Both the position numbers and the translations under genes were made by a program. Below, piece after piece: positions 23,339 through 35,000 of a DNA stretch of 64,000 nucleotides. Source of the stretch: Botryllus schlosseri (Eukaryota); NCBI GenBank assembly GCA_051294905.1, contig CM119372.1, positions 2,916,001-2,980,000 of the forward strand, in the 5' to 3' direction. Numbering within the stretch: the first letter of the stretch is position 1; every line of letters starts with the position of its first letter. Under the pieces are notes generated by a model. The model searched no databases. It was not told where the DNA came from and was given only the letters and a program-made list of their open reading frames with translations.

Positions 23339-24357
23339 AGTGTAGGCTACCTAAAAGTACGCGCAATTAATTTTACATGAATTATAATAAATCACGGCTT
23401 TCACGGAAACATGTTGCAAGGATTGTCGGTGTATATTTCGCGTGACGAACAATTTAGAGATTTGGCAGATTTTGTCGAATGATAATTTGCAACGAGAACT
23501 CAGGGATTTATAGAACTGTTATTCTACTATAGGCTATAATCATATCTTCCCACTGCATAATCTACTGTGAAGTCATTTTTATTTAGCGCCCACCATACCG
23601 CCTCCATGAGCCCGGAGTCCCCATATCGCTCCCTGAGCGTTTCCGCTCCCTTCAAAATCCTAATCACCCCCTGGGTGGCGCTGGAGGCAAGGTTAAGAAA
23701 CAATGAATCTACACAGTCCAAAGCAGTGATTACCAACCGCGACTCTCAGAGCCGCATGCAGCTCCAGTAGCCTTTTTGCGGCTCTGATTGACCGCTAAAT
23801 ATGCCACAAAAGTATAATGGACGGGAGTTTTTGTTTGTGGAATGAATGGTTGGATATAGGTAATTGCTGTATATGAATGCTAGACTGAGGAAAATTATGT
23901 CTAAAGCCGTCCAAGGTCGCTTCTGAAACCGGGAAAACTATTCTTGCAGACTAGCATCAAACGCATGGATGAATACGCGCCAGACAGGGATATATCCTGA
24001 GTTGTGCTGGTCATAGAATTTTCTATATCGTCTCTGAGAATAGTAAATTTCGACACAATTTGACTATAACATCAAAATAACGGCTCATACTCAAGTGTAA
24101 ATTGCAATTAGTGCAATATTATTTAGCGTATAATCCACCGCAAACTTGTGCATTAAGGGCTGGAATGTATAAAAGTCATCACATAACGACATAATAGTAT
24201 GTTGTAGTAATGATATGCATTATCAGTTTATTTCAATGTATAGCACTCGCCAATCTGCGTCTATCAATGCTAAAATGACCGATATAAAATCGATATAAGT
24301 CTATGTGCTGCTTTTGAATTAGCTGGAAGGTGAGATTCAGAGGTAGGCTATAGCTAC

Positions 24358-25736
24358 CATTGATGGGTGGATAGTGCTTTTCGAGACTCCGAATCCCTCC
24401 GACCACTTAAGTCTCTGAGGAAAACTCCCTCCGACTCCGAAGAGCTCAATCCCAGACTCCGAGATACTCCGGTGAATATCGTCAAGTATCCGAAACAGTG
24501 GCAAGCATGGTACCAGAGTTGGATCAATTGTAATTTGTAATTTAGCTGAATGTAATTAATTACATTTTTCATGGAATTGTAATTGTAATTGAAGCATTTC
24601 TATTTTGTGTAATTGTAATTGTAATTGTAATTTGATCAAAATTTTGCTCAATTACAATCTGAATTATATTTTCACGGAAACCTGACAATCACAACATAAA
24701 ATAATCATTTATTCGTCGCACCAGTGAAAATCCGGTACGAATCTAGCATAGGTAAATCTCTGATGACTTCTACAACAAATTTCCGAAACGTTTACAACCA
24801 GAAATCAACAGTACACTATGCGATATTTAGCACTGAAGCAGGTGCGCGAGAAAGTAACTTGCTAACCAATTTGTTGTTGCTATGCGTATCTAGTCACGTG
24901 ATCGAAGTCCTGCAAAAGGCCTATTACATTTCATCATCCTGACCCAGCTCTGAGTAGCCTAATCGTTTGATTACATTTCATTGACTGTCCTGTAGCCTAT
25001 TCGCTGTTAGTCGCTTAAACCTTTGGTTCTTAACAGTCGCTTGAAACATTTTTCTGTGCTTGTAGTTCTCAGTACTCATGATTAGGAATAGTTCGAATAC
25101 GTTCGAGTTTTTTCAATTAAAGGATATTCTACATATCAGGAATGAAACATGAATAGCTTGAGACTGTTGCTAATTACGTCGCCGCGGTTTTCAAAGAACA
25201 CCTCTTTACTGAATCAATTACCTGTTTAAAAGTAATTGTAATTGTAATTATGATTGTAATAATTACATGTTTAACAGTAATTGTAATTGTAATTGTAATT
25301 TGATATTTTTAGCATTGAGTAATTGTAATTGTAATTGAATTAAAATATTGTAATTGATCCAACTCTGCATGGTACATGGTACACATGGTACAACATGGTA
25401 CACATGGTACAACATGGTACATGTGATAATATGACAGTATTGTTTACTCTCCAGTCCCCAATTGCAGTGCAGATGGCTGATTTTTATGCACTTGGCAATC
25501 ATTTTTGCATGTTACCCGTCATATTACAACTTTACAAGGTGTCAACTGTCTCTGTTTTGGTTTGTAATCATAATCAATAGTGCATTCTGGTCACAGCCAT
25601 CCAAAGATGTCGGAGACAAAAGTTAGAATACCCCGAAAAAATATCTGTAGTAAACTCCGACTCCGCTCCGACTGTCACAAAATCGGCAAAACTCCGCTCC
25701 GAATCAACTCCGACTCCGCTCCGATGCTCATCACTG
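24358..25736. mobile_element. hAT-like MITE with actccg repeats
   Basis: Ends cattgatggg / ctcatcactg; perfect TSD atagctac. Confidence 0.82.
24514..25367. mobile_element. hAT-like MITE with (GTAATT)n subterminal arrays
   Basis: TIR cagagttggatcaatt / aattgatccaactctg; TSD catggtac. Confidence 0.92.
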
Positions 25737-25846
25737 ATAGCTACCTTTAAATTTTCGTTTTAAGCTGACATTACTCGAGTGTTATCATGCGGCTTCTGAA
25801 GTTTGGAATGCGGCCCGACATCCAAAAAGGTTGGGAACCCCTGGTC

Positions 25847-27488
25847 CAGTGGTTCTCAACCGGTGTGCCGCGGCACACTAGTGTGCCAATTGGACTGCTC
25901 AGGTGTGCCGCGAGCAAATGTGGTAAACTATGTCGAAGTATAAGAAAAATCCAAATTTTGATTGTGTCATTGTCGATTTTTTTATTGAATTTACCCGATC
26001 AAGACACGCGATGCACAATACGATGCAGTGAACAGATATAAGGATGTCGAGGCGACCGTATCTCAATCTGACATCCCCATTAGGTCATGGATTGGGTCTT
26101 TCTCTGGGCTTCATATTGTAAAGACGCTCTGAGCACAGCAACGTATAGGGGCGGAGAATCTAATAAATCTGCTATTCTTCGTAACTTGCTACTGCACTGC
26201 CATGAATCAAACTGGGGCCTCCACCGCCAATGGGGGTGATACGCTAGTTTGCCCACGCATAGTAGCATTTAGAACGGTGATAACTAAACTCGGGCAATTG
26301 TACCGTGATATTGAGGTGTGGCTGAAGGTGCTCACCTTATACTTGTCACCCCCATCAGAAACGGATGCAGAACAGGGACATGCCGCAGGTTGATGATCTT
26401 TTTCTGTTTCTATTTGCAGTCGTATTCTTGCCATGTCTTTGTAATCGATGATCATTTTACACCATACCGATATTACTTATTTTGATTCCTGAGATGCCAA
26501 CTTATAGCACGGCCCCCCACTTTTTGTAAGACACTGTTTTCGCGCATCGGAGGACGAGTAGCAGCCTACATAAACCTCCAACACCTAGGAAGGCATTCTC
26601 ACCATCGAGAAATGAACTCATTGGAAGTGATGTTCACGTTTACAAATTATAATTACCAACATAGCCATTCACATTGCGATTGTTAGGTACCGTGCCAGCA
26701 CTGGAGGTAAAATGTAGGCTCAGGGCGCAGAGTTATGTTGCAGGCGACAAATTCGAGAATTGAGAATAAAGTTATTAAAATTATAATCAGTTACAAATTT
26801 CTCCGCCGCGGAGGTTTATTATTCCGGTTTGTTGGAACTGCAATTCATCTGCGGGTGGCTGCCAGCAACACTATTGAGGTATACTATCCCCACAGGTGCC
26901 ATTACACGATTTGCGTGGAAATGCGTTTGGCATAATACACTTCTACGCATCGGTATCGGTTAGTGGCGATCGCGACTGGACTCTTCGATGCGACGGTTAA
27001 TTACATCGACAATGCGTTAGTGGACGGACCTTATTGTCAAGCCAATCTCATCAAATTAAGCTCAACCTGAAGTTTAAACGAGATCTCAGCAGGCCAGTTG
27101 TTATGTGGTAAGCGGATAATTCAAAACCTCGCACGGAAGCGGAGAAAGTTATTCTTCCGGCTTGCAATAAAATTGTAAGAAATGTTTGGGAAGAATTGTA
27201 AACGATTCCCATGTCTAATGATACCATTCGCATACGTATTTGTGAGATGTCCGCTGAGATAAAAGAAAACTCAAGCATTGAAAAGCCTATTTGAGTGCTC
27301 CTAAAAGGTAGAAGTACTTCGTCAGTGACCAGTGACCACCTCTGTAAGACTATGGTTGCGGCTATACGCATTCTGGTAGTTTGCCTGTGCCGTAAGCCAA
27401 AAGAGTTCAGAACCACTGTGCTAGTGTGCCGCGAACTTTTTTTCGTTTTCAAAGTGTGCCGCGAGGTCAAAAAGGTTGAGAACCACTG
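25847..27488 (+). mobile_element. Deleted hAT (Buster/Charlie-type) element with transposase remnant
   Basis: TIR cagtggttctcaacc / ggttgagaaccactg; perfect TSD ccctggtc; gtgtgccg repeats. 27123-27270 translates KPRTEAEKVILPACNKIV...IPMSNDTIRIRICEMS (ZBED5/Buster-like). Contains a partial SINE A at ~26395-26600. Confidence 0.88.
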
Positions 27489-27501
27489 CCCTGGTCCGTA
27501 G

Positions 27502-27531
27502 CAGGGATATCTAAAGTTTTAGAAATCCCTG
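27502..27531. mobile_element. 30-bp hairpin with 8-bp TSD (putative P-element excision footprint)
   Basis: cagggatatctaaag-ttttagaaatccctg flanked by a perfect gtccgtag duplication. Confidence 0.7.
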
Positions 27532-29002
27532 GTCCGTAGTCTACAGTCCACGCCCACAGATACGCCCTATAACATCAACCATTCACTTCATCGCCTGGCG
27601 AGATGAGAGAAAAGCTAACTCATCCGTGTAGAAAAAACACTTTGGTAATACATGACTCTGCTATGAGACATCCGGGGTACTCGCCGCCATTGCTCTTACA
27701 GACAGACGCTGGTAAGATGGTTGACTTTTTAGCTGTTGTGTTGCTTGTTCTTTCATTCCTATAACAGCAACAGTAGACAAGCTTCAGGCAGGAGTAGTAC
27801 ATGTTTATGCGTCTGAAGTCCAGCCATGGAACTGCCATCCCCCTTATCAAGATTAGAGAACGAATCAGAAATGAAGTCTCTACCTACAGCTGCCAGCTAC
27901 ATATGTAATATTGGGATTCTCTTCGAGGCTGGTAGTCGACTATAAGTTCATTCTCTGAAGGAAGGGAAATATGTAAAATGCTGGTATTTATTTGGTGCTT
28001 TTCCATTGACTGCTTCAGAATGAGAGATATTTTTGAAGGTGTACCAAGAAAGTGGAAGTGTAATATCCCTCTCCATATTGTTAACTTTCTCGGAGTATTA
28101 TTCGGCCGAGAAGGTTGTTGTTTTAGTATACAATACATGATATTTCGACATCTGCGGTCATTTCACATCAGGCTTCTATTCATATTGATTATTCCCGAGC
28201 TGCCGACTTATAGCATGACGCTATTTCATTCTAGGCGTTTGTAAGACACCGCTTTTATGATCGAATGGCGGTTAAGAATGCGTCGCTTGATCCCAATCCG
28301 ATAGTATTATACCTTCGGATATCCTTATGCACTATTCAAACAGATAACACGATGGTGTCAAGGCAGTGGAATCCAAGACCTGCGAAAAAGGAACTCTTTT
28401 AGGTCCACCCTCTCTACACCCCGAAATCAAATTTCACATGGGTTGAAACATTGAGAAGCAGTGGTGAACCTGGTAAACATACTCCCGAACTCCAATCCCC
28501 AGTGGAAAGTTTGCTCGCGATGTAAATAACTGTATATGCGGGAACTTATTTCAGAAACATACTAGACGTGCTTGCGTTATGAATTGATATAAATTTCATA
28601 GGGTACAATCTATTTCGCACTTGTCAAGGAAACAACTACGCGTGCTTGCTGTCGTTGCCTCGTGACTATATGTCATTTATTTCGTGCGGCAGGCAAGGCT
28701 TTCGTCATAACTTTTAAAATAAAATATACCAAGATATCGCACTCATCTCAGTTAGTGACTTGACTTATTCTGATTTACTCCTCGTGTTGTCGTTTGAACG
28801 GTGAGAAATACCAGTATCAATCGTCAGTGGCGATAGGATTAATTTGCAGGGTTATTACTTGACTTTCATTTACTGATACACATGAATAAGCATGAATAAG
28901 CGTTAACCTAATTGATACCGAAATTTTCTTGATGCTATCATATCATTAATAGATTTGAAAGGCCTATAATTTAGCGTTAAATAAAGCATAGACGAAGACG
29001 AC

Positions 29003-32000
29003 ATGACTACGGCAGTAGTAGCGGTTTATGATGCCATCCCGAAGCAACCGGACGTGTCTGTCATCCTTGAGAACGAAAGCGTTGGCGTAAAGTAAGTATC
29101 CTTATTTTAGAACCTTGCGCTAAAACGCATCTTAGGGATTTTAGGCGTTGTTTGGCTCCCATATTTGGTTATGGTTAGGTTGATTTGATGAGGTGAGGAT
29201 GTTACAACGTATTCTGCGTCTTTTGCTGAACGACGGAAGTGTTGCATGCAATTACGATCCACCCCCGATCGATCGATCGACAAGTTCCACATGAAATTGT
29301 AGGTACCATCCCCAAATGCATGCATCATCGATCCAGAAATTCACGCACTTCGCTCGAAACTTATCGTAATGAGTTCGCTATGCTCTGAGATAAGGAATTC
29401 TCGTGTATAGTGCTCCTGGGTCCAGGCAATATATTATTATTGTTATGCGGTATTAGAGAGGCGCGCGACGCCATTGTTTGCCGTCTTTCGGCCTGGTCCT
29501 TGAAAGTATCGGCGCAAGCTCTTACGAATCCCATCAACGCAAACAGCGACCGTGTCAATAAGAAGATTAGTATACGGAAATTAAACTTGCGGCGTACAAG
29601 GAGCTTCTGTACGGCTATCAAGATATTTCGATTCGATCACGTCACAAATTATGTCAAGTATCCGTTCGAGAACCTATTTCAAATTTCACACCTGATGAGA
29701 GGACTTGTTATGCGTGCGATCCTCGCTGACTTGCTGTAACACCTTCCCGAGTTCGGCAAAATTCGTGCTATCTCTAGTTTGATCCGATTTACAATGAGCA
29801 GTGGCACACATGGATGAAATCGGTCTCGTGTTACCGACGCTTAGTTAGGTTAGTCGTTAGTAGTAAATCAATCTCACTTCATAGCGCATCCCGACCTCCT
29901 TGGCTGGTCCAAATGAGGAAAACATGACTGCTGCAGTAAGCAATGCCGACACGTCGAGAGATGGCCTGTGAGCCATGAACAGTAAGTGGGACTCGTATGA
30001 TGTAGATTACCTTCCCTACGACTACATGATAAGTAGCACACGGATTCCTCCCGCACTAGAATCTTGAAAAGCGGGAGTATCTTAACGGATTTTACTTTCG
30101 ATGCCGTGTGCAAATTTAGCGAATGTTTTGTCTTGGTGACCTTGATCAGCGATATGCTACACTCCTAAGGGAAATAATGTGTATTCATACCCAAAAGGTG
30201 GTAGACGAAAATAGAACCTCTAATACTTCAGGATGTGTGTGTTTCAATTTGATTATTGCACGATTTGAGCAAATCAACATTATCAATCGGCGTTTGTCTT
30301 TCTCTGTAAATATCCAGTATATAGCTTCTAGTTCTTTTCGGAATATATGGTTCTGATTTATTAATTATTTATTTAACGCACTGTTATAAAATCATATGTC
30401 CCTACGTTCCTTCGTAAACCATTTATGCTTGTTAGAATTTATCAACCATCATTCGGATTAAGTTAAGATGTTGTTTCATTTATACTGTGGTATAATTCTG
30501 ATGTAGGTTCTGTTTTCGTGTAACAACTTGTAGGTGTGAATACCATACACGCTTTTTTTGCTAAGAGTGTACTAGTATTACCTAACTAGTTAACTTGTTC
30601 TACACAGTCCATCGCCTGTGGTGATGGCTATATTTCCTTCATACGATATTGAATACGTCGTGGCGTATTCATAGGCAATGTTGGCCTAGTAACCATCGTC
30701 GTCACACTCACGCCGCTCGTGTATTAAGACTCCGGCTTCTGTGTTGGCAGGGCGGATATGCGTGAGGAGGCGTACAAGCTTTGCAAGGAGTACCTCAAGG
30801 GCCGCTGGGAAACGATCCCGAAACGGGAATTCCAGATATCTGTGCTAGGGTAATTTTTTGATACAATTCTGCATTGAGTGTATGCTAAATTTAAACGAAT
30901 TTCGATTTCAAATATAGCGGAGGACTGACGAACAAACTGTATGTGTGCCGAATACCACCCTCTACTGAAGATTCGGTTGAGAATAGTCCGACAATTGTGG
31001 TGCTGAGAATATACGGAATCATTATCCAGGTGATGTGATCATCCGGTATGTTTTGTGGCCAGTTGATGCAATGGAATCTTTGTCGTTGTAGGACTTTGCT
31101 GCTCAAATACAGGAGAGCGTCGTGTTCTCTATCTTATCAGAACGGAAAATCGGGCCTCGGCTGTACGCTGTGTTTCCCGGCGGACGACTGGAGGAGTATA
31201 TCCAGGTGAGAAGCTTTAGTTTCTATCTCCTTTCCGCAATCCTTCAACTCACTTAAAGGGGCACTGCGCTCTAAAAATGATGTGGTCTCAAATTGAAGGG
31301 CAAAACGAAAGAAAAATTTTGGCCGCAGCCGTTTTCTTGAGAACGCCACCGTAATGGCGCTGTAATGTATTGAAATTTCCAGAGTTGCAGCACGCTCCAG
31401 CAGTCACGCAGAGATCGAACTTTTTATAGTTGTCAGCCGATGTTATGAAGGAAATAGAATACACTAGGCCCGATTTTTACATAAATCTCATGACTGGACA
31501 TCTTCTGTTGAACGCGGTATCTAAACCACCTTGGCGTGTACGACATATTTCCTTCATAACATCGGCTGACAACTATATAAAGTTCGATCTCTGCGTGACT
31601 GCTGGAGCGTGCTGCAACTCTGGAAATTTCAATACATTACAGCTCCATTACGGTGGCGTTCTGAAGAGAACGGCTTGGGCCAACATTTTTCTTTCGTTTT
31701 GCCCTTTAATTTGAGACCTCATCATTTTTAGAGCGCAGTGCCCCTTTAAATACTCACTTATGTAACTTGAAAATGTAGATTTTATGGACGGTTCGCATTC
31801 GAAATTTCATGATGCATCTTGGAGACTAACGCAAAATGACTATACAAATATACATCATGACGGTATGATATAGTCATCCATTACTGTGATGGCGACATCA
31901 CGAGGTTTTCGCGAAGATTTTGCGAATAAAAGTGATGCAATCTTATGAAAAAACTACGTCCAACTTCTCAAAATCTATAGTATACAAAGTTTTTAATCAA

Positions 32001-35000
32001 CAATCCCAAACTTTTGTGGTTTTGCCCAAAACGTAGACGTGTAAGTAGCCTAAAATAATAACTTGAGTAAGTTGCGAAGGTAGGAAATCATATTTGACTC
32101 TTCGAAAGATTGTAGAAGAATTTCGTTACTGACCACCAGTGAATAGACCCGAATCAAACCATATGCCACTGCCCGCAATTCTGTTCATCGGTGTGGTTTT
32201 GAGATGGTTTACAGAGATTTGAACAGGCTTTTTCTTCCTTCACCAAGTGTCAAACGTTGTCCACGCAAGATCTTCCGGATCCTTACCTGTCTCGATGCGT
32301 CGCCAAGCGACTGGCCAGCTATCACATGATGACAATGCCAGTTAATAAACAACCAGACACTGTTATGAACAAGCTGCAATTGTAAGTACACAGTTGTGGA
32401 CTTGAGGTAATACAATGTCTTTTGATCATCGCCGGCGCGATATCTCGTGATTGAAAGGCCGATTTTATGAGATATAAACTAGCCGCTTACAGTTGGTAGC
32501 AAACACAGCACGTCCAGTCATAGACTCGTGATATTAATTACACGTTAGAACAGCAGATGGTGCTACTGACTGTAGCGGACTTGGGCAACTAGATAATTAG
32601 ACCAATTAGAGCGAAATGCCGATAATGTCATTCTGATCTAATTTTTGGAATGTTTCTATGCTTATGCTCTCTTATAGTCTTATTTCTGATTTTCCTGAAA
32701 TGCTACAGGCGAACTGTATAGTGCGAAACGCGCCAAGCTTGCTGCACAGACATTTGCCATTCTCATGCTTGAATGAACTCTGAATTGATACGAACTGAAC
32801 TTGAATAAATTTCGAAGCTTTCACGAATACAGTAATTGTAATCTAATATTGAATAATGCTGTCTAGCTATAATTCTAATTCTATTTTTTGGCGTGGTAGT
32901 TCATATTTCAGACCTCGTCTGCATTGTTTGAGTGATGATGTTCCTATACATTCAAATCATTGTAATTCTAATGTAACATGTAAAAGCTGCAAATTTTCTA
33001 GTTGTCCAACTCTGGTCTATATAGATAGATATGTACTAATGTTGCGGTGGTCAGTTAGTGTCAAAATAGGTGTCAGCAAATGTAAGTGAGAATTGGACAT
33101 GTACGTGGGTGAAAAATTGGCGTTGTTTTTTCTAGATTGCCTCCATGTGGTTAAGTGTGCATCAGGTAAACTGCAATTTACCGTACCCAATTGTGTTTTC
33201 CGACCCTTGCAATTCGTGAAATGAGTCAGATCGGGGCCTACGATACTTGAGTATCGTAGGCCCCGGTTAGATGCAGCAATCCTTATGGAGATATATCCCA
33301 GGGTGTAGTGGATTCTCTGTTTGCGTCTACCACCGTTTTTTGCCGTCTTGAGTGCACGAAAACAGCCCACTACAACCCTACAGACAGGCCTGTAGGATAT
33401 ATCTTTAAAATAGTCGATTTATTTGAATCATTTACGCATATTGGAAGGGTGGGACAGCACAGTTTGGACCTGGAAGTGTGGTTTACCTGGTTTGCATCAT
33501 AGGCTAGGGTGAAAATCGTCGAAACAACCGACTTTCGTTTACTGTGTATAAAGATAAAAGTTGAAATCATATTTGTCGCTACGTTCCATACTTGCTCAAA
33601 TTTCCCGTGTACTGTGTATTTTGTGCAATGTTAGGTTGACTACACGTCCCGTGTTGCTTGTTAGGTACCACGATAACCTGCGCAATCTACACTTCGACGA
33701 CCACGAAAAGCACTCCCTCTTCATGAGATTCTTGCAATATGATATCAGTGGCGAAATAGAATTCCTCAAGTGAGTATCGATTGTGGTCGCGCAGTGCGCC
33801 GTCTAAAACTTATTTTCCCTTTACAGACGGTTGATTCACGATAGCAACGCTCCCGTGGTTTTCTGTCACAACGACCTTCAAGAAGGGAATTTGCTGAAAG
33901 CCTGCGGACCGGCGGTCAAGGGCAATCCAATCCAATTAATCGACTTCGAGTACAGCTGCTATAATTACAGGTGTCTAGACTGTAGACTTTTTTTATCATC
34001 TTCATCTTTATATTTAAATATACCAATACACCAATGCACCACACGATTGCGATACAATGAAAAGATATAGGGATGCCGAAACGACTTGGAGTAGTCTTTC
34101 AATCAGACACCCACCTTGGCCTACGCCCTACACTGCCTGCGGCATGTAAATAAAGAGGCATGCACAATTGTACCATGAATTCGAGTTTGTCCAAATGCGA
34201 TTGTTAAATTGTATATTGAGGTTTTGTACCTCCAAGAACCTCTTCAATTGTGAATATGTACCGTGAAAAGTCGTCATTCTCAGCACGGAATATTTGTCAT
34301 TATTAATACCACTATTATATTGGCAAGCGAATATATGTTTAAGGCTATTGCTGCTTCCAGGAAGCCCACTACTTTAAACGTTGCCACGCAGATGAAGTAC
34401 GATAGAATGTATTTTTGGGAATTATGAAACTAGCGTAGAGGCTACTAGCTGTTCCAAATATTCTGTGTACAGTGTGTACACGGTACACTACGCAGTTAGG
34501 TCATGCGAGATTGGGAATGATTGATCTCATTCGGAATTTCGCCGCTCATTGTTGACCCTCCTCTGGGCTACTTAACTGTGTTTCGCAACACCAACGGGTT
34601 GTGGGTTCGAGTCCGACCGAGGTCGACTCCAGAATTCCTACCTTAATGTTGGAGGTTTATATAGGCTCCTCCTCGCCATCTCATCCACGTTAGCGGTGTC
34701 TTACAAAAGCCCAGAAGTGCACCCTGCTACATGTCGGCAGTTGTGGAATCAAAAATAAGAAATATCGGCCAGGTGTGAATGACCAATGACCATTGCAGTC
34801 GACAAACACCATGGACAGTTGGACACCATAAACAACAACAACTTTGTTTCGCCATGATACAAGTCGGTAAATACGGAATCAAAATAATGAATTTCGGCCA
34901 GGTGAATAATGAGTAATGACCAATGTAGTCGAAACACCGTGTATGTCAAACAGTAACAACCACTGTGTTTCGCAAAGGACTCGTTACAAAAGTGAAGAAT

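Larger units (their letters stand above)
18107..23705 (-). mobile_element. Inverted copy of the 14703-16687 element, expanded by nested insertions
   Basis: Ends match 16687 and 14703 in reverse. Collinear inverted blocks: 18700-18990/15410-15700, 20470-20555/15200-15290, 22660-22745/15010-15110, 23360-23500/14855-14990. atctaca on both flanks. Confidence 0.8.
23724..25843. mobile_element. hAT-like MITE with two levels of nested MITEs
   Basis: TIRs cagtgattaccaacc / ggttgggaacccctg; left TSD gtccaaag, displaced right TSD gtccgtag; inverted partial copy at 48480-49037. Confidence 0.82.

Noticed and set aside
27620..28138. Two minus-strand ORFs in the same frame separated by one TAG (read-through or pseudogene?)
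   Set aside because: No recognisable motif or splice structure; its 5' part overlaps a SINE A remnant.
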